Shown one piece after another: positions 38,640 through 48,485 of a stretch of 64,000 nucleotides of DNA; the stretch's first letter is position 1, and every line of letters starts with the position of its first letter. The stretch is taken from NCBI GenBank assembly GCA_045863295.1, contig BTWA01000003.1, forward strand, positions 32,001 to 96,000, written 5' to 3'. Position numbers and translations under genes: made by a program. The notes below the pieces were generated by a model that was not told the origin of the DNA, searched no databases, and worked only from the letters and a program-made list of their open reading frames with translations. The DNA is from Candidatus Hydrogenedentota bacterium. Its GTDB lineage: Bacteria; Hydrogenedentota; Hydrogenedentia; Hydrogenedentales; SLHB01.

Positions 38640-40649
38640 ATGATTGCATCGGAATTTGCCAAACCCCGCCCGGGCGGAGTCTCCCTCGATTCGGGACAGG
38701 CGTCGGTTCGCGCCGTGGAAGTCGCGCTCACCGCGGCTACCTTGGTGTTGCTCGCCACAAGCATCGCCATGAGCCGCCTCGGCATCGCAAGCACATTGGT
38801 GGTCGCGGTCAACTTGGCGGCATATGTTTCCGGCGGCTACTGGGCCGCGCGCGAAACCGTGCCCAAACTCCTGCGCGGCGAACTTGACGTCGACTTTCTC
38901 ATGATCTTCGCCGCATGCGGGGCCGCCATCATCGGTCACTGGCACGAAGGCATCATCCTGCTGTTCCTGTTTTCTCTTTCTAACACGCTCCAATCATTTG
39001 CCATGGACCGCTCGCGCAGAGCCATCACCGGATTGCTGAAAGGAAATCCAAAGGAAGTTACGGTGCTCCGCGACGGCGAAGAAACTACCGTGCCGATTGA
39101 GTCCCTGCGAATCGGCGATCTTATGGTAGTCCGCCCCGGACAAATGCTGGCCACGGACGGCGTCGTACGGCGCGGCGCAAGCGACATGAACGAGGCCAGC
39201 ATTACCGGCGAATCGAAGCTCGTTGCCAAGGAATCCGGATCAACGGTATTCGCCGGAGCAATGAATACCACCGGCGCGCTCGAAGTCGAAGTTACCCGGC
39301 GCGCGGAAGATTCCACGCTGGCGCGAATGATTAAGATGGTCGAAACCGCCCAATCACAAAAGGCGCGCTCACAACGCGCCTTGGAAACGTTTGAACACTA
39401 TTATGCATGGATCGTTGTGGTCACCGTGACGCTTCTGATCTTGATTCCGTGGCTGGTACTTTCCGAATCCTTCCGGACTTCCCTGTACCGCGCCATGGTG
39501 CTTCTCGTCGTAGCGTCGCCCTGTGCATTGGTCATATCCACACCGGCCGCCATTCTCTCCGCCATTGCGCGAGCGGCACGGTTGGGTATCCTCTTTAAAG
39601 GCGGCGTATATCTTGAAAAAATGGCGGACACGCGCGTGGTCGTGTTTGACAAGACCGGCACGTTGACCACCGGCAAGCCGGGCGTCACAGATCTGGTGCT
39701 GGCCCGGAATGCGCCCGAAGGATTCACGGAGAATGACTTGCTTGCGTACGCTGCGGCGCTGGAAATGCGTTCCGAACACGTGTTGGCCCGGGAAATCGTG
39801 CGCGCTGCTGAACTGCGTGGTCTCGAAATCCCCCCCATGTCTGAATTTGTCGCGCTGCCAGGACGGGGAATCCATGCAGAACTGCACGGATACGAAGTGT
39901 GGATCGGAGCAAACCGTCTCTATGAAGAACACGGCGAAACCATTCCCGATGACCTGATCGAAGCCAAAGCCAGACTGGAAGCCGAGGGCAAGAGTGCCCT
40001 GATTCTGCATCGAGAACTCATGCGCAGGGAAGGCGTGGGAGTTCACGAGCAATCCGGCGGTTGGCTGGGGCTGATTGCAGTGGCGGATACGCTCCGCGGA
40101 GACGCCAAGGAAACCGTGGATCAGCTGCGGCGACAGGGAGTGAGACGCGTCATCATGCTCACCGGCGATAATGAAAAAGTAGCAAATGTAATCGCAGAAC
40201 AATCGGGCATCGATGAAGTACACGCCAACTTGCTGCCCGAGGACAAGGTCCGCAAAGTAGCCGAACTTGAAGAACAGCACGGGTGTGTCATGATGATCGG
40301 CGATGGAGTCAACGATGCGCCCGCGCTTGCCAACGCATCCGTCGGAGTGGCCATGGGTGCGGCAGGTTCCGATCTCGCGCTCGAAAGCGCCCACTGCGTC
40401 CTGATGAGCAATGAACTCAAAAGGGTTCCATTTGCTTTGTATTTGAGCCGGCGCGCCGTGCGCACCATCAAAGTCAACCTCGCGTTCTCCATGGCGGTAA
40501 TCGCGGTACTTGTGGTGACCGTGTTTGCGTATCGCCTGCCTCTTCCCATGGGCGTCGTAGGCCACGAAGGGAGCACAGTGCTCGTTTGCTTGAATGGCTT
40601 GCGCCTGCTGTCGCTCAGAATGCCCCATCCCACCCGCACCCAATCGTGA
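38640..40649 (+). CDS. Heavy-metal-translocating P1B-type ATPase (P1B-4 subtype: Co/Fe/Zn)
   Basis: ITGES, SPC motif (VVASPCALVIS), DKTGT, SEH, GDGVNDAP, HEGST in the last TM helix, no N-terminal metal-binding domain. Confidence 0.92.
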   Translation: MIASEFAKPRPGGVSLDSGQASVRAVEVALTAATLVLLATSIAMSRLGIASTLVVAVNLAAYVSGGYWAARETVPKLLRGELDVDFLMIFAACGAAIIGHWHEGIILLFLFSLSNTLQSFAMDRSRRAITGLLKGNPKEVTVLRDGEETTVPIESLRIGDLMVVRPGQMLATDGVVRRGASDMNEASITGESKLVAKESGSTVFAGAMNTTGALEVEVTRRAEDSTLARMIKMVETAQSQKARSQRALETFEHYYAWIVVVTVTLLILIPWLVLSESFRTSLYRAMVLLVVASPCALVISTPAAILSAIARAARLGILFKGGVYLEKMADTRVVVFDKTGTLTTGKPGVTDLVLARNAPEGFTENDLLAYAAALEMRSEHVLAREIVRAAELRGLEIPPMSEFVALPGRGIHAELHGYEVWIGANRLYEEHGETIPDDLIEAKARLEAEGKSALILHRELMRREGVGVHEQSGGWLGLIAVADTLRGDAKETVDQLRRQGVRRVIMLTGDNEKVANVIAEQSGIDEVHANLLPEDKVRKVAELEEQHGCVMMIGDGVNDAPALANASVGVAMGAAGSDLALESAHCVLMSNELKRVPFALYLSRRAVRTIKVNLAFSMAVIAVLVVTVFAYRLPLPMGVVGHEGSTVLVCLNGLRLLSLRMPHPTRTQS

Positions 40650-40743
40650 CACTGTCCCTGTCCGCATGGTACGCTTTGCCTTCGCAGGCTGTCACAACGA
40701 AGGGGCCGGAGACTGCGGTCCGTTCAACCGGGAGCGCCAAGCG

Positions 40744-41334
40744 ATGATCCGCGATTTACGTGCTATCGCCGCCGCATGCCTGGTAACCGCCGGGTGCTCG
40801 ACGCTCGCAACCTCTCCCGGCTGCGTAACCGATTCGCGCGGAAACCTCACGGGCGATCGAGATCGCACTTTCCTGGATATCGTGGAATCTGGCGTGGAAA
40901 AGCAGGGTAATGGATTCGCATTTTACATTCGCACGGCGGCACCGCTGCCGGACGCACGTGCCATGACCGAAGGTAAACGCGCGGACTATGTATGGTTCGT
41001 GGATGCCGATCGAAACGTCACCACTGGACAATCGGAATTGGGAAACGACATCAACCTCCATGTATGGATCGATGAAACCGGATGGCATTCGGCCGTCTTC
41101 CCGGTGACTGATATAGGCAAGGCCCAAGGCGATCCTCCTCCGGTGGATGCCTGCCCGTTTGAAATCGAGGCCGATACCGTAACGTTGCGCGTGCCTGATT
41201 CAGTATTTCCTGCGTTGATATTCGATTGGTGGGCGTGGTCCACAACCCAAAACGCCGGAAACTGGGAACCCGTTACGGAAAACCCGCCAACGAAGCGCAC
41301 CCCTTCGGACTCACGCTGGCGCAAAGGTCTGTAA
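40744..41334 (+). CDS. Hypothetical lipoprotein
   Basis: Lipobox VTAGC, GGGAG SD, D.DRNVTTG motif. Confidence 0.55.
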   Translation: MIRDLRAIAAACLVTAGCSTLATSPGCVTDSRGNLTGDRDRTFLDIVESGVEKQGNGFAFYIRTAAPLPDARAMTEGKRADYVWFVDADRNVTTGQSELGNDINLHVWIDETGWHSAVFPVTDIGKAQGDPPPVDACPFEIEADTVTLRVPDSVFPALIFDWWAWSTTQNAGNWEPVTENPPTKRTPSDSRWRKGL

Positions 41335-41390
41335 GTGGTCGCGGATATTCCCCAAAATAAGATTAACCATAGGAACTGCAGTATCCCCTC

Positions 41391-43148
41391 ATGACGCGAA
41401 TTCCTCGCCCCACCTCCAAAATCATTCTGTTCGTCCCGGCACTGTTGGCATTCCTGTTTGCCATGCCCGCACTTTGGACCGGGCTCTTTATGGATGACCT
41501 GTGGCACAAGGCGCTTTTTACGGGCGTCGAAGCCGCGGTGCCATTCTCAGAAAACCGCTTCTCCATGTTTACATTCGTTAATGGCGATCCCGAACGCACG
41601 GCCACATTGAAAAATATGGGCGTGTTTCCCTGGTGGGCCCTGGACAACCTTCGCTTGAAATTCTGGCGCCCGGTGACATCCATCACGCATTGGATGGACT
41701 ACGCACTTTGGCCGGATTCCGAGTGGACAATGCACTTGCACAGCCTCGTCTGGTACGTGTTGGGGGTCGCCACCGTCGCTTGGCTCTTCCGGCGTATCTT
41801 GGGGGTAGGCTGGATCGCGCTTATTGCTGCGGCCTTGTACGCAGTGGACGACGCACATGCCAACCCCGTCGGATGGCTGGCCAATCGCAATTCCCTCATA
41901 GCGCTGTTCTTTGGGGTGGCATCGATCCTGGCCCACATGCGATGGCGAGAGACAAATCGTTGGCCCTGGTTACCGGCGGCTCTGCTGTTGTTTGCCATCG
42001 CACTACTGGCAAACGAAGGCGCCATCGCCTCGACAGCCTACTTCTTCTCGTATGCGGTCTTCCTCGATAAAGGCACATGGAAATCCCGAATTCTGACACT
42101 CGTCCCCTACTTCGTGTTGGTGCTGGTCTGGAAAGCTCTGTATTCCATGCAAGGATACGGCGCGTGGGGTTCGGCCGCCTATATCGACCCCGTGGCATCG
42201 CCGATGGATTTCCTCTGGTCGTTGACGACACGCGGCCCAATACTTCTGCTCGCGCAAATAGCCCTGCCCACCGCAGACCTCCACACGTTTGTACCGGACA
42301 GCGTCAAATTCGCGTGGTGGGTATTCGCAATTCTCGCGTTGACTGCTGTAGGAGCCATACTTGCGCGCGTGTTGCGCGATGATCCCCGTGCACGCTTCTT
42401 CGCCGCCGGAGCAGTCATCTCCATCGTGCCCTGCTGCGCTACCTTTGCCATGGATCGTCTGTTGCTCTTTACCGGAATTGGCGCCTTCGGCCTGTTGGCG
42501 GTTTGGCTGGCTTCGCTGTATGGCAAACCACGCGCAAAACTCGTATCGGTCGCCGCCGCGGTGGCGTTGCTGATACACGGCGTGGTCGGACCGTTGCTGC
42601 TCCCCGTCCGCATTGTTGCGTGGGACCTCATGGGACAAATGGTGAATCGAACGTACGACTCGGTCGAATTTACCGAAGCGGACAAAGACAAAACTGTCGT
42701 ACTGGTGAACGCACCCAATATCTTCATCGCCACGTACCTGCCCATCACCAAAGCACTACAGGGCGCGCCGATTCCCAAAAGGGTCGTAGGACTCGCCCCT
42801 ATCAGCGGAATGCCTGTACCCATCGTGATGCGAAGAACAGACGCGAACACCATCGTCTATCGCCCGGACGCTTCGTTTCAATGGATTCTATTTCGTAACG
42901 ACGCGCATCCCTTTCGCGTGGGCGATGTGGTCAGGCTGGACGACCGGGAAGTAGAAATACTGCACGTAAATGAGAAAGGCGTGCCCGTGGAAGTCGCATA
43001 CCGGTTTGATCGGCCTATTGACGACCCATCCATGATGTGGCTCCGTTTCGAAATGCCTGAAACACTGAACGGCGATCCCCCCAGGCTGGTACCCTATACA
43101 CCGCCCGCGATCGGACAAACCGTCACCGTGGCCTCCGGCACGAAATAA
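41391..43148 (+). CDS. Polytopic membrane protein, GT-C-fold glycosyltransferase-like
   Basis: FMDD after TM1, FWRP, H..SL, H...V.WLANR, LLANE pattern as in TMTC/PMT-like proteins, about 11-13 TM helices. Confidence 0.55.
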   Translation: MTRIPRPTSKIILFVPALLAFLFAMPALWTGLFMDDLWHKALFTGVEAAVPFSENRFSMFTFVNGDPERTATLKNMGVFPWWALDNLRLKFWRPVTSITHWMDYALWPDSEWTMHLHSLVWYVLGVATVAWLFRRILGVGWIALIAAALYAVDDAHANPVGWLANRNSLIALFFGVASILAHMRWRETNRWPWLPAALLLFAIALLANEGAIASTAYFFSYAVFLDKGTWKSRILTLVPYFVLVLVWKALYSMQGYGAWGSAAYIDPVASPMDFLWSLTTRGPILLLAQIALPTADLHTFVPDSVKFAWWVFAILALTAVGAILARVLRDDPRARFFAAGAVISIVPCCATFAMDRLLLFTGIGAFGLLAVWLASLYGKPRAKLVSVAAAVALLIHGVVGPLLLPVRIVAWDLMGQMVNRTYDSVEFTEADKDKTVVLVNAPNIFIATYLPITKALQGAPIPKRVVGLAPISGMPVPIVMRRTDANTIVYRPDASFQWILFRNDAHPFRVGDVVRLDDREVEILHVNEKGVPVEVAYRFDRPIDDPSMMWLRFEMPETLNGDPPRLVPYTPPAIGQTVTVASGTK

Positions 43149-43279
43149 GCGTTTGACGTCTTCGGAAGTGAGACACTCTCGCTTGCCGGGGTCATTTGCA
43201 ATCAAATATTCTCGCCGCGGGCGTACCGCGTGGGGTATCGACAGGAAACTTCTGCAGGAAAGCAAGGAAAATAAGGGCT

Positions 43280-43753
43280 GTGACGGTATTCGAGACCATT
43301 GTTAAACCTCTGCTGTTTCTACATCTGCTGTCAGCCATCTGTGCACTGGCGACTGCAATTCACCTTGCCGTTCGCATTTACAAGACCACGCGCCATCCCG
43401 GTTCATACGCGGCACAGACACGAATGCATGCGACGATCATGACCGTGTCCTATGGCCTGTGCTTCGGCTTGGGCGCTTTGATCTATCCCACGTTCCGGCT
43501 TCGCGTGCGAGGCGAATTGTTCGACGACCTACTGCCATGGGCTACCGGCCTCTTCGAAATTAAGGAACATCTCGCGTCATTTGCCCTCATGCCCGCCCTC
43601 GGCGTGTGGGTATTCTCTCGCACGGTGGATCTGAGAAACCGCGAACACAGGCCATACTTGACGCTGTATGCATCCTGCATCGCCGTGGTTATCGTTGTGC
43701 TGACCTTCAATGCATGGTGCGGCTGGTACCTTGGAACGTTGAAGTCGGTATGA
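43280..43753 (+). CDS. Hypothetical 4-TM membrane protein
   Basis: GTG start, four hydrophobic helices, YPTFR and LFEIKEH motifs. Confidence 0.6.
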   Translation: MTVFETIVKPLLFLHLLSAICALATAIHLAVRIYKTTRHPGSYAAQTRMHATIMTVSYGLCFGLGALIYPTFRLRVRGELFDDLLPWATGLFEIKEHLASFALMPALGVWVFSRTVDLRNREHRPYLTLYASCIAVVIVVLTFNAWCGWYLGTLKSV

Positions 43754-44154
43754 ATATGCGCGCACTCAATACGTCATGCGTTGTTACCTCGGCCTCAATC
43801 ATCGCCTTCTACATGCTGTACGTATGGCATCCCCTAAACATTGTCTATTTCCCGCAGCTGCATGAATGGGGACTGCATGCCAGAAGCGGACATATCGGAA
43901 TGACATGGTATGGATACAACGTAAACGCACTTGTTGGTTCGGCGGTCGCTTCCATGACCGCCTATGGGCTCTGCCGCTACGCGGCAGCCCGATTGGAAAA
44001 GCCGCTTTCAAATCCGGCCCTGTTTGCCTTGTGCGGCCTGGTGATCCTGGCCTTCGGCGCTACCGCGATACATACCATTTACGATCAAAAGAAGTGGTTC
44101 GACAAAGAAGTACCTGCGGCAAGCGAAGTATCCAACTCGGAAAATCGCTCTTGA
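43750..44154 (+). CDS. Hypothetical membrane protein
   Basis: ATGA overlap with the upstream gene, 3 TM helices. Confidence 0.55.
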   Translation: MNMRALNTSCVVTSASIIAFYMLYVWHPLNIVYFPQLHEWGLHARSGHIGMTWYGYNVNALVGSAVASMTAYGLCRYAAARLEKPLSNPALFALCGLVILAFGATAIHTIYDQKKWFDKEVPAASEVSNSENRS

Positions 44155-44310
44155 AACTCCATTCAATCAAATTCAAATTGATGGATGTGGCCGAACTTCC
44201 GTTTGCCCAACTTCCCCGGACTCTCGTATAATTCCGCCTCGCGGCTCGAACCAAAATGGTGTGTTTCGTATCCACATCACTACCCAAAACGTCGGGAGTT
44301 CATCGGCATT

Positions 44311-45255
44311 ATGGAAAACGTCATTATCATCGGTTCCGGACCCTCGGCATGGACAGCCGCCTTGTATGCCGCGCGCGCCGCGCTGAATCCGCTTGTCTTC
44401 GAGGGGGAATTGAGCCAGGACATCCTGCCGGGAGGACAGTTGATGATTACGACGGAAGTGGAAAATTACCCCGGCTTCCCCGACGGCATCACAGGACCGG
44501 AAATGATGGATATCTTCAAACGCCAAGCCGTCCGATTCGGCACGCGTGTGGAATCCCGCACTATCACTGCAGTTAATTTTTCTCAACACCCTTTAACTGT
44601 CTCCAGCGGCAATGATACCTGGCACACGAAAACCGTAATCGTATCGACCGGCGCCAATGCCAAATACCTCGGCATCGAATCAGAGGAAAAGTTTAAAAAC
44701 CGAGGCGTCTCGGCCTGCGCCACCTGCGACGGCGCCCTGCCCCGCTTCCGCAACAAACCCTTGGTCGTCGTTGGCGGAGGCGACACGGCCATGGAAGAAG
44801 CCATCTTTCTCACCAACTACGCGAGCATGGTCCACGTCATCCACAGGCGCGATGCGTTCCGGGCCAGCAAAATCATGGCCGAACGCGCCCTCAAAAACCC
44901 AAAAATCACTCCGGAATGGAATTCTGTTCTGGAAGAAGTCACCGGTACGGACAAGGATGGCGTCACCGGAGTACGTATTAAGGATGTTCACTCCGGAGCC
45001 ATCCGAGAACTCCCCTGCACAGGGGTCTTCGTGGCCATCGGTCACAAACCCAACACGGACCTCTTCAAAGGCATCTTGGACATGGACGAGACTGGCTATT
45101 TAGTAACTAAACCCGATTCCACGTACACCAACGTCGATGGCGTCTTCGCATGCGGCGACTGTCAGGATCATGTCTACCGGCAAGCCATCACCGCCGCAGG
45201 CACCGGCTGTATGGCCGCCATCGATGCCACCCGTTGGCTGGAATCACAGGTATAG
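44311..45255 (+). CDS. trxB: Thioredoxin-disulfide reductase
   Basis: IIGSGP, GGQL..TTEVENYPGF, CATC redox motif, GGGDTAMEEA, IHRRD, YRQAITAAGTG. Confidence 0.96.
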   Translation: MENVIIIGSGPSAWTAALYAARAALNPLVFEGELSQDILPGGQLMITTEVENYPGFPDGITGPEMMDIFKRQAVRFGTRVESRTITAVNFSQHPLTVSSGNDTWHTKTVIVSTGANAKYLGIESEEKFKNRGVSACATCDGALPRFRNKPLVVVGGGDTAMEEAIFLTNYASMVHVIHRRDAFRASKIMAERALKNPKITPEWNSVLEEVTGTDKDGVTGVRIKDVHSGAIRELPCTGVFVAIGHKPNTDLFKGILDMDETGYLVTKPDSTYTNVDGVFACGDCQDHVYRQAITAAGTGCMAAIDATRWLESQV

Positions 45256-45445
45256 ACCTCACATTAATTTTAATGTAAGTCGCTGCAAATTATGTAGTTA
45301 AATTAATTGTTTACAGACGCGACCCCAACAACTGAATAAATAAAAAGTGCACAAACCCCTGATTTGTGAACATATGGTATGGATTCGACCCGCCACCGAA
45401 TATACCTCTCAGAAGTGACACCGGGTCGCAGGAATTGAAACGACG

Positions 45446-46102
45446 ATGAATGCACAGACTCCTATCTCTGGCGACAGCAATACTGAATACGGCTCGTCGC
45501 CCGAGGAATTCTTGAAACTGGTCGGACAGTACAAGGACGAATTCTACCGGTACATCCTACGGACCGTTTGGGATTCCAATGTAGCAGAGGATGTATTCCA
45601 GGCGGCAACGCTTGCTGCCTACGAAAACTTTCATAAGTTCAGACTAGGGACCAATTTCCGGGCGTGGATGTACCGCATTATCACGAATAAGTGCTATGTG
45701 GCAAACCGGGAAGTCATCCGGGCTTTCGAACCCATTGAATCGGCAGACCCAAGTCTGACAGCGGTGACCCAGGAAGCCGAGTACGGCGATGTGCTGAAGG
45801 AACCGGAATTGTTCCTCCAGCAGTGTGGCGACGAAATCTACCGGGCGTTCCGGCGGGTTTCCACCGCGGAACGCGCCTGCATTCTGTTGCGGGCGGTGGA
45901 GCGATTCAGCTATCAGGAAATTGCGGAGATTCTCGAAATCCCGGTGGGAACGGTGATGACGCACCTCTCCCGTGGCCGGGCGAAACTACGAAAAGAACTG
46001 ACAACCTACGCGGTTGAAACCGGCATTGTCCGAAAGCGGCCCAAGCTGCTTGAACGAAGTTCGGACGAGGCAAGCAATCATAATAAGGGATCGGCATTGT
46101 GA
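45446..46102 (+). CDS. ECF RNA polymerase sigma factor
   Basis: AEDVFQ, GTNFRAWMYRIITN, FSYQEIAEILEIPVGTVMTHLSRGR. Confidence 0.92.
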   Translation: MNAQTPISGDSNTEYGSSPEEFLKLVGQYKDEFYRYILRTVWDSNVAEDVFQAATLAAYENFHKFRLGTNFRAWMYRIITNKCYVANREVIRAFEPIESADPSLTAVTQEAEYGDVLKEPELFLQQCGDEIYRAFRRVSTAERACILLRAVERFSYQEIAEILEIPVGTVMTHLSRGRAKLRKELTTYAVETGIVRKRPKLLERSSDEASNHNKGSAL

Positions 46103-46866
46103 TGATAACGAGGGAAGACAAACTCTGGTCGGCCTATCTGGACGGCGAATTGAGCGCGTCCGAAGCCTCCGAGTTCGACCAGACCCTGACACCGGCGGCC
46201 CGCGAACGGCTGTCGCGCGAGATGCGGTTCGAAAAGTGCATCGCGGATTCGCTCAGCACCGGAGTTCGTTGCCCGGACGATGCATGGCAACGCATCAGCG
46301 AGTCCGTGCTCGCACAGACCCCGAAAAAAGCCAAGCGCAAGGCGATGGATTGGGTATGGTACGGCGTTACCGCCTTGGCGGCGTCACTTGCTATCGCCGT
46401 GGGTTTGGAAATCAACAATTGGCGCAATACGCCCCCCGATTTCTTACAATTAAAGGCGGATCGGGTCGAAGATCTGCAACTCCAGGTTGCGTACGAAACC
46501 AGCGATGTGGAAGAACTGTCCCGATTCTTGAAAAGCAACAACGTCGCGCTTTCTATGGAAGATCCATCAGTCCACTCGCCCCGGCGCCACCCGCGCATTA
46601 TCTATGGCGCGCGAGAGGCCACCTACCGCGGCGAGGAAGTAATGGAAGTCTTCTTCGAATGTTGCGGCCAGCCGGCCAAAATCGTCGTGGTGCCGAAAGG
46701 CGGCGCGGCTGCACAAGCCATCGGCCGGGCCGTCGCTAACGGAAAAGTTAAGGACGCGAAACCCGTCGGCAATTTCGTGGCGGCTATTGTGAGCAACCAC
46801 GGGGGCTCGGCGGGCATGCTGGAGATGCTTACGCCCGAAACAGAAATGGCGTCGCGCAGCGTCTGA
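46099..46866 (+). CDS. Membrane anti-sigma factor
   Basis: SAYLDGELS N-terminus, single TM helix, GTGA overlap with the sigma stop codon. Confidence 0.75.
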   Translation: MMITREDKLWSAYLDGELSASEASEFDQTLTPAARERLSREMRFEKCIADSLSTGVRCPDDAWQRISESVLAQTPKKAKRKAMDWVWYGVTALAASLAIAVGLEINNWRNTPPDFLQLKADRVEDLQLQVAYETSDVEELSRFLKSNNVALSMEDPSVHSPRRHPRIIYGAREATYRGEEVMEVFFECCGQPAKIVVVPKGGAAAQAIGRAVANGKVKDAKPVGNFVAAIVSNHGGSAGMLEMLTPETEMASRSV

Positions 46867-46955
46867 CGCAGCCACCGCACGGTTTCTGTTTGGACTGCTT
46901 CTATCGGTAAGATAACGCCTTCTTGGATCAAATGCCGGGAAGGCCTTCTTAATTT

Positions 46956-48467
46956 ATGATTTCATCGCGCAGCCAGAGCGTGTTGTGGGGGTTGGCGGCC
47001 GTGTTGGTTGTCGGCTTTGCCGTCACGGCCACCATTCTGAGTCTCCAATTCACATACGGCGAAGGCCACGCACAACGCCCCCTGTTGCTGTATTGCACCG
47101 TCCATGCGGCTGGTTGGCTCGGCATGGCCTTGGCCGGATGGCTGGCCGTCAGGCACAGCAAAGGCTCGTTTCCCCTCATCCTGTTTGCGGGTGTCACCGC
47201 GAGATGTATCCTGGTCCTCTCGCAACCCATGGAAGACGATTCCATGTACCGCTATCTCTTGGACGGACACATGGCGCGCGCAGGCGTGAATCCGTACAGT
47301 CTATCGCCCGAGGCGGTTCAACTTGACCCACCGGCCCCGTTGACGTCCATGATAAACTCCGACCCGGCGCAGCAAATCATTTCGCGCGTGGCATATCCCG
47401 AAATGAAATCCCCCCACGCTCCCCTCGCCGTGGCCGCGTTCTCCGCAGGTTCCTTGATGACGCCCTGGCAATGGCACGGGCAGCGCATTGTGTTTCTACT
47501 GGCCGATATGGGCACATGGGGACTAATCCTCATGGTCTTACGCTTAATCGAACGGCCTCTCGCGTGGTCCGTTCTGTATGCGTGGAATCCTCTCGTCTTG
47601 AAAGAGGCCGTTAATACGCCGCACCCGGACGTATTCGCCGCCCTGCTCATTATTGCCGCGATTCTTTGCGCGCGCCGGTGGACCGAGCATGAAAACCCTT
47701 TGTGGGCAGGCGCTTGCGGAATTGCCGTCGCCGCCGCCACCCTGGCCACGTACTATCCGATAATCGTCGCCCCGGCATTTCTCGCCGTCCTATTTCGAGG
47801 CGAGCATCGCTTCCGGGCAGTCGCCGCATTCGTATTGCCACTCGCTATTTGGACAGCGGTGGGCACCATTCCGTTCGTCCAACAACTGGGGATGAGCGGA
47901 ATGCTGGAAGGGCTTCGCACCCAGACCGCACATTGGCGCACAAACGACGGTGCTTTTTCGTTCGTATCCTGGTTAGCGGAAACACGCGCCATGGACGGAC
48001 TCGCTCAATGGTCGGAAAATTTGCCGATCATGGATCCCGGCGCCGCCGTGATGGGAAGGGAACAAATACCTGCGCTTGCCCGGTTGCTGGCACTGGCCAT
48101 AGTCGCCTTGACCGCCGTAGGCACGGCCGCCATGTTGTACTTCTTCGGAGAAACCGGCGACGACTTTCTGTGGGCGATCCGTTCGTCGCTGCTGGTGCTT
48201 TGGCTCATGGCCCCGGCCCCATTTCCGTGGATGGCCATTCCGATACTGGCACTGGGGGCGTTGTCACCCACGATTTCGTCGCTCGCATTGTCGTTCGTGG
48301 CGATTGCCTACTATGCCTTGGCCTGCGGAACGTATCACGGATGGACTCCGGCCGTCTCCCAAGGCGTTAAATTCGCCGAGCACGGCCTGATCTGGGCCGC
48401 CATCGCCGCTCCCATCGTTGTGATGCGGCGGCGCGCTACGGCGCCGCCGGATGAACCCGCGGAATGA
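46956..48467 (+). CDS. Membrane glycosyltransferase, GT87/DUF2029-like
   Basis: EDD.MYRYL.DG, GVNPY, YAWNPL, H.D motifs, many TM helices. Confidence 0.7.
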   Translation: MISSRSQSVLWGLAAVLVVGFAVTATILSLQFTYGEGHAQRPLLLYCTVHAAGWLGMALAGWLAVRHSKGSFPLILFAGVTARCILVLSQPMEDDSMYRYLLDGHMARAGVNPYSLSPEAVQLDPPAPLTSMINSDPAQQIISRVAYPEMKSPHAPLAVAAFSAGSLMTPWQWHGQRIVFLLADMGTWGLILMVLRLIERPLAWSVLYAWNPLVLKEAVNTPHPDVFAALLIIAAILCARRWTEHENPLWAGACGIAVAAATLATYYPIIVAPAFLAVLFRGEHRFRAVAAFVLPLAIWTAVGTIPFVQQLGMSGMLEGLRTQTAHWRTNDGAFSFVSWLAETRAMDGLAQWSENLPIMDPGAAVMGREQIPALARLLALAIVALTAVGTAAMLYFFGETGDDFLWAIRSSLLVLWLMAPAPFPWMAIPILALGALSPTISSLALSFVAIAYYALACGTYHGWTPAVSQGVKFAEHGLIWAAIAAPIVVMRRRATAPPDEPAE

Positions 48468-48485
48468 CGGCGCCTTCCGCGACTG

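Noticed and set aside
39369..40667. 432-aa antisense ORF, and similar long antisense ORFs at 51852-52787 and 22723-23574
   Set aside because: Shadow frames of well-supported genes on the opposite strand in GC-rich DNA, with no recognisable motifs.
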